Positions 55,282 through 64,000 of a stretch of 64,000 nucleotides of DNA are shown in pieces. Origin of the DNA: Acidimicrobiales bacterium (GTDB lineage: Bacteria; Actinomycetota; Acidimicrobiia; Acidimicrobiales; Aldehydirespiratoraceae); the NCBI GenBank assembly GCA_965200005.1, contig OZ241331.1, positions 641,054 through 705,053 of the forward strand. Reading direction: 5' to 3'. Positions within the stretch are counted from its first letter, which is position 1; the number at the start of each line of letters is the position of its first letter. Made by a program: the position numbers and the translations under genes. A model generated the notes under the pieces. It worked only from the letters and a program-made list of their open reading frames with translations, searched no databases and was not told where the DNA came from.

Positions 55282-55874
55282 CCCGGGATGTGGCCAGTGG
55301 CAACTGCTACTTCGCGTGCCCAGGCGCGGTCCGATTCGGTGAGCGGCCGGGGATCAACAATGACAGTGAAGTATGGAATCACCTCACGGTCATCAACGCA
55401 TTGCCAGCCAGTGCTCCTCTCATGCGAGAACTCGCTGCACTGCGAGGCTGTAAGTCCGTGAAACTTTACGAGAGCCTCGTCTAGGTAGCGGATGTCATCC
55501 GCGTCGAACGTTGTTGGATCATGCTCGCGAGTCGGCCAGATGACGTGCTCGGTGTACTTGCCTCCCATCTGACGTCGCTCAATCTTGACGTCGCCGGCAA
55601 TTTCTGCTGCCTTCCGCACCGGCAAGAGCCTGCGTGGAGCAGGACCTTCAGGCAGCTTCTGGTACACGGCACCGGTCACCGAACGACCGCGACATCGATA
55701 ACTCTCGAAGTCCGCCCACCAGAGAACTTTGTTGAGCTTGACGGCACCGCGCCCACGACGTTCGTCAACAAGCCGATTTGCCACGTAGATGAGGGCCTCT
55801 CGAAGCTTCTCGTCGCCCGGTGGCTCTGGCATTCCGTGATTTGAGAGGTTCTGGCGTGTGCGTTCTGTACTCAT
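55278..55874 (-). CDS. Panacea/DUF4065 (SocA-like) domain antitoxin candidate
   Basis: VKLNKVLWWADFESYRCRGRSVTGAVYQKLPEGPAP follows the remembered DUF4065 core (KL.KLLYyaD...G.s.tG..Y...p.GPvp). The ATG at 55874 is preceded by GGAGGAAG. Confidence 0.6.
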   Translation of the reverse strand: MSTERTRQNLSNHGMPEPPGDEKLREALIYVANRLVDERRGRGAVKLNKVLWWADFESYRCRGRSVTGAVYQKLPEGPAPRRLLPVRKAAEIAGDVKIERRQMGGKYTEHVIWPTREHDPTTFDADDIRYLDEALVKFHGLTASQCSEFSHERSTGWQCVDDREVIPYFTVIVDPRPLTESDRAWAREVAVATGHIPG

Positions 55875-56071
55875 GATCTTCCTCCCCCACAAGTGCTGAC
55901 CCGATCTCGTACATGGCAACAGCGTCATCTTGAACTGCAGAGCGCTGCTACATCCTGCAACACGCGGCTCTGCTGCGATGATGCCACAAAGCTATTTGCG
56001 CCGTGTGACACCCTCTGCGGACATCTTGGGCGACTGGCTGGGTTGTTGTCGTTGTCGTCTGGTGGCGCTGT

Positions 56072-57124
<1,053 letters not shown>

Positions 57125-57244
57125 TCACTGCAAGCCCCGATCTGCCAGCCACCCAACACCACAAACACAACTCGGGACGTGCTCCCGAGAGCTCACCGCA
57201 AGCCCCGATCAGTCCCGTCCGGGCCAGAACCGAGACCCGACGGC

Positions 57245-58507
57245 TCAGTTCAAACTGGCACGCTCGGAGGGCTCAAGGTGCAACTCAAAGGCTGCATGTA
57301 GAACGCTCACTGCTCGCTCAACCTGCTCAGCACGCACCACACACGAGATGCGGATTGCGGACGTGGAGATCATCTCGATGTTGATTCCCGCCGAGGCAAG
57401 AGTCTCAAACATTCGTGCGGCCACACCGGGATTGGTCTGCATCCCGGCACCGATCAGGCTCACTCGACCGATCCCCGCATCGTGAGTCGCCTCATCCGCA
57501 CCCAGCTCATCAACCAGACCTGCCGTGACCGAACTAGCCGCAGACGCCTGCGCACGGGGCACGGTGAAGCTGATGTCAGTCACCCCCTGGCTCGAGACGT
57601 TCTGCACGATCATGTCGACATTCACGTCACGATCGGCCAGCGCCCGGAACAGCTTGCCTGCCACTCCCGGCTTGTCTGCAACACCCGACACGGTCATCTT
57701 CGACTCACTGACATCGTGAGTAACGGCCGAGATGGTGGCGCTCTCCATTAGATCCCTTCCGGTAACTGTCGTGCCTGGCATCCAACTAAAGGCCGAACGC
57801 ACATGCATCTCAACCCCGTACGTGCGAGCCAACTCGACGGCACGCATCGCCGGTTTGGGGCAGCCGCTAGCGGTCATCTCCAGCAGCTCATCAAAGGAAA
57901 TCTCATCCATGCGGCGCGCCTCGGGCACCAGGCGCGGATCGGCACTGAACAGGCCCGGCACGTCTGTGTACAGCTCGCAATAGTCAGCGCCCAACACATG
58001 AGCGAGCGCCACGGCGGTGGTGTCAGAACCGCCCCGGCCCAAGAAAGTCACTCGCCGCTCCGACGAAACGCCTTGTGAGCCCCCTACGACGGGCACCGCT
58101 CCAGCCTGAAGCGCTGCCACAACGCGCTGCGGGGTAATGTTGATGATCTTGGCGTTGGTGTGTGCGGAATCAGTAAGGAACCCCGCCTGAGAACCGGTCA
58201 GAGACTCAGCAGGTTCACCAAGAGCGTTGATTGCCATCGCAACCAGGGCACAGGCTTTACGCTCACCGCCCGTGATAAGCATGTCGAGTTCACGCAACGG
58301 CGGATCCTTTGCGACATCGGCTGCAAGACCGAGCAACTGATCCGTCTCGTTGCCCATGGCCGACACCACAAGCGCGATGGAATCCCCATTGCGGCGACGC
58401 CGTGCGACGTGATCTGCAACCTCGAGGATCCGGCTGGGGTCAGCAACCGATGTCCCCCCAAACTTCTCGACCACCAACACCACGACCCCACACGCTACCT
58501 GTGCCAT
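57245..58507 (-). CDS. lysC: aspartate kinase
   Basis: VVEKFGGTSV kinase start, VVSAMG, and two C-terminal ACT domains. The true start is probably one of the GTG codons just inside the ATG at 58507. Confidence 0.9.
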   Translation of the reverse strand: MAQVACGVVVLVVEKFGGTSVADPSRILEVADHVARRRRNGDSIALVVSAMGNETDQLLGLAADVAKDPPLRELDMLITGGERKACALVAMAINALGEPAESLTGSQAGFLTDSAHTNAKIINITPQRVVAALQAGAVPVVGGSQGVSSERRVTFLGRGGSDTTAVALAHVLGADYCELYTDVPGLFSADPRLVPEARRMDEISFDELLEMTASGCPKPAMRAVELARTYGVEMHVRSAFSWMPGTTVTGRDLMESATISAVTHDVSESKMTVSGVADKPGVAGKLFRALADRDVNVDMIVQNVSSQGVTDISFTVPRAQASAASSVTAGLVDELGADEATHDAGIGRVSLIGAGMQTNPGVAARMFETLASAGINIEMISTSAIRISCVVRAEQVERAVSVLHAAFELHLEPSERASLN

Positions 58508-58637
58508 CAGGCGGGCTATCGGTGCCGGGGTGTCTGCTGATCCCGACCCGCAACTGTGGTGGTCGCCCTCAACAAGCTCAACAAGCACGCCATCGGATGG
58601 CGAGGCGTCCGCTGATATTTCGTGGCAACATCAGGGC

Positions 58638-59030
58638 GTGAGCGAGCCGCTCGCAGTTGACGAGATCACACTGAGAGTGCCGGCATCCCCCACTTACGCA
58701 CGGGTCTTGCGGGTCGGAGCAACAGCGGTTGCGTTACGTAGTGGCATGTCGTTCGCCGACATTGACGAACTGCGTGCTGCGATTGACGCAACCCTTCAAG
58801 CTGTCCTTCAGTCGCCCGCTAGCAACGGTGCTGCCCTGGTTTGCCATTTCAAGAGCACAAGCGAGTGTCTCGAACTTCAGATCTCACGAAGTGACGCGAA
58901 AGCACTCCGGGCGCCAAATCTGGTTGGTCTTGATGATCGCCTAACCGGCTCCGCTGTCAAGTTTTCTTTCGATCCCAAAGACGGATCGGTGCTCTTGCAC
59001 TTGAAATCGACAGACAATTCCCCGAGTTGA
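58638..59030 (+). CDS. hypothetical protein (remote resemblance to anti-sigma-factor/HATPase-like regulators)
   Basis: The ORF 58530..59030 is trimmed to a GTG with an upstream AGGG. ITLRVPASPTYARVLRVGATAVALRSGMSFADIDELRAAIDA resembles RsbW-like N-termini, but no ATP-binding motifs were seen. Confidence 0.4.
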   Translation: MSEPLAVDEITLRVPASPTYARVLRVGATAVALRSGMSFADIDELRAAIDATLQAVLQSPASNGAALVCHFKSTSECLELQISRSDAKALRAPNLVGLDDRLTGSAVKFSFDPKDGSVLLHLKSTDNSPS

Positions 59031-59109
59031 CAACGGCTGGCTCGACTTACGATTTGACCGACTCTCGGTTGTTCGGTGCTCAACACTCCGCTCAACCTGA
59101 CGGGTGTGC

Positions 59110-59628
59110 TTAGCTTCCGGTGGAACCGAACCCCTGGTCGCCACGACTTGACTCCTCAAGTGTTTCGACGGTCACAAGCCCGACTTGAGCAACAGCGATC
59201 ACAACTAGCTGAGCGATACGGGTGCCTCGGCGGATCTTGAAGTCTTGCTCGGGATCGGTGTTGACGAGTAGCGCTTTGAGTTCGCCGCGATAGCCCGAGT
59301 CGATGAGCCCGGGACTGTTTAGGCATGTAATCCCATGTTTCAGCGATAGTCCGCTGCGAGGCAACAACAGACCCGCATAACCCGTGGGGATTGCGACCGC
59401 CACACCCATCGGCACCAAGCTGCGCCCACCACCAGCCCGCAAAACCACATCACGGCGGGCACGCAAGTCAAGACCTGCGTCACCTGGGTGGGCATAAGCA
59501 GGTACTTCTAGTTCCGCATCGAGTTGACGGATAGGAACTCGCAGCACCGACCGACAGTAGCCGACACCGCCCACTACAACCTTGGGGGACACAACGTCAG
59601 CGCGCTCAGCTGCCAACTCAAGCGTCAT
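59110..59628 (-). CDS. dut: dUTP diphosphatase
   Basis: AYAHPGDAGLDLRA, LLLPRSGL, GLIDSGYRGE and a C-terminal RGDQGFGSTG dUTPase motif. The start is uncertain (ATG at 59628 or 59643, or a GTG further in). Confidence 0.88.
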   Translation of the reverse strand: MTLELAAERADVVSPKVVVGGVGYCRSVLRVPIRQLDAELEVPAYAHPGDAGLDLRARRDVVLRAGGGRSLVPMGVAVAIPTGYAGLLLPRSGLSLKHGITCLNSPGLIDSGYRGELKALLVNTDPEQDFKIRRGTRIAQLVVIAVAQVGLVTVETLEESSRGDQGFGSTGS

Positions 59629-59712
59629 GACACCAGAAGTCATACCGCCAGAACAAGCATCTCCGAAGACACCACAAGTGTGTGGGCGTGGCGTGTAGTT
59701 ATCCTGCGGCCG

Positions 59713-60282
59713 GTGCTTGCCTGGATGGATCTTGAGATGACCGGGCTCGACCCGTCCCGACATGTGATCCTTGAAATCGCTGTTCTAGTGACCGACGACG
59801 ACTTGAATCTCGTCGCCGCCGGCCCCGATCTTGTCATCCATCAACCCGAGGAAGCACTCGAACTCATGGGTGATGTCGTGCAGAAAATGCACACCCGCAG
59901 TGGCCTGATCGATCAAGTTCGAGCGTCAACAATCTCACTTTCTCAAGCTGGCAAACAAGTACTTGAGTTCCTGCAGGAAAACCTCAGTGAGGACGATCCA
60001 GTGCCACTCTGTGGCAACACCATCGAAACGGATAGACGCTTCTTGGCTCGTTACCTCCCCGAAATTGACAACTACCTGCACTACCGGTCGATCGATGTCT
60101 CCTCAATCAAGGAACTGGCACGACGCTGGCATCCCGACACATACAAGCAAGCACCCAAGAAGGCCAATTCACACCGGGCACTTGACGACATCACAGAAAG
60201 CGTCAACGAACTTCGCTGGTATCGCACTGCTGGCTTCATCGGCGGCAACCGCCCGGCCGACGCCTCACAGACCCCCAACTGA
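59713..60282 (+). CDS. orn: oligoribonuclease
   Basis: LAWMDLEMTGLD (DEDD exo I), CGNTIETDRRFL, and HRALDDITESVNEL (exo III). Start set at a GTG to avoid the dut overlap. Confidence 0.88.
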   Translation: MLAWMDLEMTGLDPSRHVILEIAVLVTDDDLNLVAAGPDLVIHQPEEALELMGDVVQKMHTRSGLIDQVRASTISLSQAGKQVLEFLQENLSEDDPVPLCGNTIETDRRFLARYLPEIDNYLHYRSIDVSSIKELARRWHPDTYKQAPKKANSHRALDDITESVNELRWYRTAGFIGGNRPADASQTPN

Positions 60283-60293
60283 ACGCCCAAGCA

Positions 60294-61394
60294 ATGACCC
60301 CAAATACACACACCACGACCTACACCAAACAGGAACAAGAACCTGCATCTTCGGAGGTCACTGAGGTAGCTCCGGGAGTGTTGCGCATGCAGTTGCCTGT
60401 GAGCATGCCAGGGCTCGGTCATGTCAATTGCTACGCGCTCATAGACAACAAAGGCGCAGTGCTTGTTGATCCGGGTCTTCCTGGTAGCGAGTCGTGGACC
60501 GCGCTGCTTAGGCGTCTTAAGCAAGCTGAAATACCACTGAAGCGGGTTCACACAGCGATAATCACTCACTCGCATCCCGACCACTACGGCGGAAGTCACC
60601 AGCTGCGCGAAGAGACCGGAGCGCAACTCGTGGCGCACCACGCCTTCGCAGCTAGTGCCGCTGCCAACCACGCAAACGCTGACATTGATCTTGATCTGCT
60701 TGAGCTCGAACCCGAAGACTTAGTGGCACTGTGGAAGCAGAAACTGGCTGCGCACGGCCCGACGCCTTGGGGCACGCCACGTGAGCCACCACCCGACGAA
60801 GCCATATACCTATGGATTCAAGCTGACGGCGGCAACAACGCTCCCCGCTTCCGGATACCACGACCGACAACCCTGGTAGCCGAGGGCGATCCGGTGATGA
60901 TGGCGGGTCGAGAGTGGTTCGCCGTCCACACTCCGGGCCACACGCTTGACCACCTGTGCCTGTGGGACCCCGCCGAGGGTGTGTTGCTCTCCGGCGACCA
61001 CGTGTTGCCGACGATCACCCCTCACATCGCAGGATCAACCGAGATCAGCGACCCGCTAGCAGCCTTCTTTGACTCACTCGCTCGGGTGGGGTCATTTGAG
61101 GGCGTCACGGTGTGCCTGCCAGCTCATGGCCATCCTTTCGGCGATCTACGCAAGCGGACCGATTCGATCCATCATCACCACCTTGAGCGACTTGACATCT
61201 TGCGAGCCGCGGCCCGTCAACTCGGATACGCACCGGTTGAGGCCTACATGAAGGAACTGTTCTCTCCCCGAGCGTGGGGGCAGATGGCAGCCAGTGAGAC
61301 CTTCGCTCATCTTGAGCATCTCCGGGTGACTGGTGAAACAGATTCGAAGCGAAACGGTGACGGCCTGCTGTACTACCGCCTAGGAGACAGCTAA
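60294..61394 (+). CDS. MBL-fold metallo-hydrolase
   Basis: ITHSHPDHYGG zinc motif, plus later TPGHT and GDH ligands. Confidence 0.85.
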   Translation: MTPNTHTTTYTKQEQEPASSEVTEVAPGVLRMQLPVSMPGLGHVNCYALIDNKGAVLVDPGLPGSESWTALLRRLKQAEIPLKRVHTAIITHSHPDHYGGSHQLREETGAQLVAHHAFAASAAANHANADIDLDLLELEPEDLVALWKQKLAAHGPTPWGTPREPPPDEAIYLWIQADGGNNAPRFRIPRPTTLVAEGDPVMMAGREWFAVHTPGHTLDHLCLWDPAEGVLLSGDHVLPTITPHIAGSTEISDPLAAFFDSLARVGSFEGVTVCLPAHGHPFGDLRKRTDSIHHHHLERLDILRAAARQLGYAPVEAYMKELFSPRAWGQMAASETFAHLEHLRVTGETDSKRNGDGLLYYRLGDS

Positions 61395-61423
61395 CGGTTG
61401 CCAGTCGTTGGCGGGAGTCAAGC

Positions 61424-62158
61424 GTGACGACCGGTCGCTGGCGTAAGAGCAACGTCAGAATCCCGGTTCAGGCAAGCGCAGTGGTCGTTGGGGTTGTTGT
61501 GACACTGTTGGGACTAGCAGCTGCGGCCGCTTGCAGTTACGCAAATGCCGCCAACGATGAAACTGATGAAGAAGCGATCCCCAAGATTATGTTGAGCCGT
61601 GACGGTGCCGACCTGACCACTGGAGTGGACGTGAACGCAGGTGTCGACTTGAACGCCGGTGTCGAGGTGAACAGCGCCACCAATCCGGAGAGTCCTCTCG
61701 ACGTCAACCTGATCGACGGCGTGAATAGCACCAGTTCGGTCAACCTCTCGCAACTCACCTTCGAGCGACTCTCCGGTGGCACCGCCACCATCGGCGAGGC
61801 CGCCGGGCAACCTCTAGTCGTGAACTTCTTCGCCTCGTGGTGTCCGCCTTGTGTGCGAGAGATGCCCGAGTTTCAGTCCGTGTTTGAGGACATCGGCAGC
61901 GAGGTCGCATTCCTGGGACTTTCCCAAGACCACGACATCAACGACGCAATTGCCCTGGTCGACCGCACCGGGGTGACATATGAGACCGGCTGGGATCCCG
62001 ATCTAGAGGTGTACGAAGCCACGGGCAGCTTCGCCATGCCCACCACGGCGTTCGTGTCTGAGGATGGTGAACTGTTGAGCGTGTTTGCTGGAGCGCTCGA
62101 CGCAGACGGGCTCACCGAACGAGTCAATGCAATCTTTGAGCTAGCGACGAGCGGATAG
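61424..62158 (+). CDS. TlpA/ResA-family thiol-disulfide oxidoreductase (membrane-anchored)
   Basis: N-terminal TM anchor, a repeat linker (GVDVNAGVDLNAGVEVNS), and a thioredoxin fold with FFASWCPPC. Confidence 0.85.
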   Translation: MTTGRWRKSNVRIPVQASAVVVGVVVTLLGLAAAAACSYANAANDETDEEAIPKIMLSRDGADLTTGVDVNAGVDLNAGVEVNSATNPESPLDVNLIDGVNSTSSVNLSQLTFERLSGGTATIGEAAGQPLVVNFFASWCPPCVREMPEFQSVFEDIGSEVAFLGLSQDHDINDAIALVDRTGVTYETGWDPDLEVYEATGSFAMPTTAFVSEDGELLSVFAGALDADGLTERVNAIFELATSG

Positions 62159-62171
62159 CGAGGTAGTCAGC

Positions 62172-63311
62172 ATGGATTTTGCCACTCTCGCATATCCCTT
62201 CTCGCTCGGACTGGTAGCGGCCTTCAACCCGTGCGGGTTCGCTTTGTTGCCCGCCTACTTGTCCTATTTCATAGGAGCCGAACCGCAGCAAAGCGCAGGC
62301 AACGCCGCCGATGCGTCCTCGCAACAAGCAGGCACGAGCTTGGCGGCTGTGTTGCGGGCAATCGTCGTGGCGTTGACGCTCACCGCAGGTTTCGTGGCCG
62401 TGTTCGGCGCCTTTGGGCTGCTGTTCGAGACGGTGTTGAGCCAGGGTGCAGTTCTCAACCGGATCGGCTACGTGACGATCGCAATCGGCGTTGCCATGTT
62501 CGCTCTCGGAGTCGCCATGCTCGGCGGTCGCACGCTCAACCTGCGGCTCCCGAAACTCAACCTGGGCACTGGCAGCCGCAGCCTTGTGTCGGTGCTGCTC
62601 TTCGGCATCAGCTACGCCGTGGTGTCGCTGTCGTGCACGATCGGACTGTTCATCGCCGCAGTGGCATCAAGTTTCTCCCAGGACGGTGTGGCCAACGGCA
62701 CCGCCAACTTTGTCGCTTACGGCGTCGGCATGGGAGCCGTGCTGACGTTCCTCACCCTCGCCTTGGCCCTCGCTCGCACCAGCGTCGTGGGCGTGATGCG
62801 CAAGATGTTCCGCTGGATCAACCCGATCTCAGGTCTAGTGCTGGTGGCCTCGGGCTTCTACCTCGTCAACTACGGCTGGTGGGAAGTACGGATCATCAAC
62901 GACGCAACCGCTAGCAATGTATTTGTCGAACAATTCGGCGAGTTCCAGACCACCGTAAGCGTCTGGATTAACGACACAACGCCAGAACGTCTCGGTGTGT
63001 TGTGCGCCTTAGGCGTGCTTGGTGCCTTGTTGTGGGGGTGGAGGGGCAGCGAACCACCCGGCGCCCGCCGCCGCTTCGTCACCGAGTGCTATGTGGCTGT
63101 GTACCTCGCAGTCGAGTTCGGCTTCAACCAGGGCGAGTTCGTGGTGCTGCCGCTACTGCGCTTCCTCGCCGGCTGGCCGGAGCGTGTCGGCCACTGGTTG
63201 AGCGACCCCCTGAGGTTCGGTGTCCCACTGGAGATTGCTCTGACAGCCCTGGTGGTTTGGAGCCGCTGGCTGACACTCAAACGCAAGTACCGCCATGGCC
63301 CTGCCGACTGA
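62172..63311 (+). CDS. cytochrome c biogenesis CcdA/DsbD-family transmembrane protein
   Basis: AFNPCGFALLPAYLSY first-Cys motif and VVSLSCT second-Cys motif, with an extra C-terminal TM extension. Confidence 0.8.
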   Translation: MDFATLAYPFSLGLVAAFNPCGFALLPAYLSYFIGAEPQQSAGNAADASSQQAGTSLAAVLRAIVVALTLTAGFVAVFGAFGLLFETVLSQGAVLNRIGYVTIAIGVAMFALGVAMLGGRTLNLRLPKLNLGTGSRSLVSVLLFGISYAVVSLSCTIGLFIAAVASSFSQDGVANGTANFVAYGVGMGAVLTFLTLALALARTSVVGVMRKMFRWINPISGLVLVASGFYLVNYGWWEVRIINDATASNVFVEQFGEFQTTVSVWINDTTPERLGVLCALGVLGALLWGWRGSEPPGARRRFVTECYVAVYLAVEFGFNQGEFVVLPLLRFLAGWPERVGHWLSDPLRFGVPLEIALTALVVWSRWLTLKRKYRHGPAD

Positions 63312-63948
63312 CACACCGGTAACAACTTTTGAAGGCAGCCTTCGTGAGTTGCTCGCACATGGAGGTGTCTCCGAGACGTGTGAGTTGCGGAGTGGCTTCG
63401 GGTTGATGGCGTTTCATGGTGGCAACCTTGAGCGAACTACCGATGTGATTGCTGCCGAGGTTGCTGAACGGACCGGCTCCTCGCTGTACACGGTCGTGCA
63501 GCGTTCACCTCTGAGGTTTCATCTGGCCTCGACAGCGATGCAACCAGAAGATTCCACCTTGTTGAGTCGCTTTCTCAGACATGTGCATACCGTGATCGCA
63601 GTTCACGGATACGGGCGCGAGAACGAGTTCTGGAGAGTGTTGCTTGGTGGCCAGAACCGTGCCTTAGCGCATCACCTTTCGGGGTACTTGCGTCGCAGTT
63701 TGCCTTCCAAATTCGGGATCGTGGACAAGATCTCTGAGATTCCCCCGGGACTTGAAGGATTACATCCAGCCAACCCGGTGAACCTGCCAGAGCGCGCTGG
63801 TGTGCAGTTGGAACTGCCGCCGACGCTTCGCTGGAACCGGGAAGCCCGCAACTGGTCAGACCATGAGGGCACACCGCGCGCCACACAGGTGAGCTCGCTG
63901 ATTAACTGCCTTGTTGAGGCGGTAAATGACTGGCGTTTGGCCGCCTAG
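63295..63948 (+). CDS. poly-gamma-glutamate hydrolase (UPF0714/YjqB-like) family protein
   Basis: AFHGGNLERTTDVIA, VIAVHGYG and GVQLELPPTLR match the remembered family pattern. Confidence 0.7.
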   Translation: MALPTDTPVTTFEGSLRELLAHGGVSETCELRSGFGLMAFHGGNLERTTDVIAAEVAERTGSSLYTVVQRSPLRFHLASTAMQPEDSTLLSRFLRHVHTVIAVHGYGRENEFWRVLLGGQNRALAHHLSGYLRRSLPSKFGIVDKISEIPPGLEGLHPANPVNLPERAGVQLELPPTLRWNREARNWSDHEGTPRATQVSSLINCLVEAVNDWRLAA

Positions 63949-64000
63949 GACTCCAGCACGCTAAGGCGCCAAACGTTCGACAGCCCAGTTCGTTGCGCCG

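Noticed and set aside
61600-61690. 18-nt imperfect tandem repeats (GVDVNA/GVDLNA/GVEVNS) in the TlpA-like gene.
   Set aside because: This is a short low-complexity linker between the membrane anchor and the thioredoxin domain, with no evidence of any function beyond spacing.

Overview
GC-rich, densely coding chromosomal segment of actinobacterial type, judged from a WhiB-family regulator, an LLM/F420-type oxidoreductase, ErpA/Mrp Fe-S carriers and an ask-asd pair. GC content was judged by eye, not computed. The backbone holds housekeeping and metabolic operons: potABCD, an enoyl-CoA hydratase, amidohydrolases, Fe-S assembly genes, selA-selB, and an NfeD/STAS/receiver cluster. A large catabolic block at 34.8-50.7 kb carries gamma-glutamyltransferase, an M24 peptidase, RidA, a cupin, a Dpp-type peptide ABC transporter, and GntR-UbiD-HpaB. 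The right end carries ask-asd, dut, orn and CcdA/TlpA. Three accessory patches stand out. (1) An island runs from tRNA-Pro(CGG) at 25.8 kb to about 33.9 kb. It holds two tandem Uma2 nucleases, a PIN/HTH toxin-antitoxin pair, and an NrtR-like inactive Nudix regulator divergent from an ADP-ribosylglycohydrolase-vWA operon. It also holds a cassette bounded by 44-nt direct repeats, with a 283-aa unknown protein coupled to a decayed PIN gene. (2) A Fic gene is bracketed by 50-nt direct repeats (52.0-53.3 kb). (3) A Panacea/DUF4065-like antitoxin is translationally coupled to an unknown 122-aa protein (54.9-55.9 kb). Several genes are visibly disrupted: the phospho-sugar mutase and deoC by homopolymer frameshifts, the ARH gene by a perfect 11-nt tandem duplication, and a PIN gene by a frameshift plus a stop. 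No CRISPR array, rRNA, transposase or integrase was recognised. All family assignments rest on motif recognition by eye and need HMM or BLAST confirmation.
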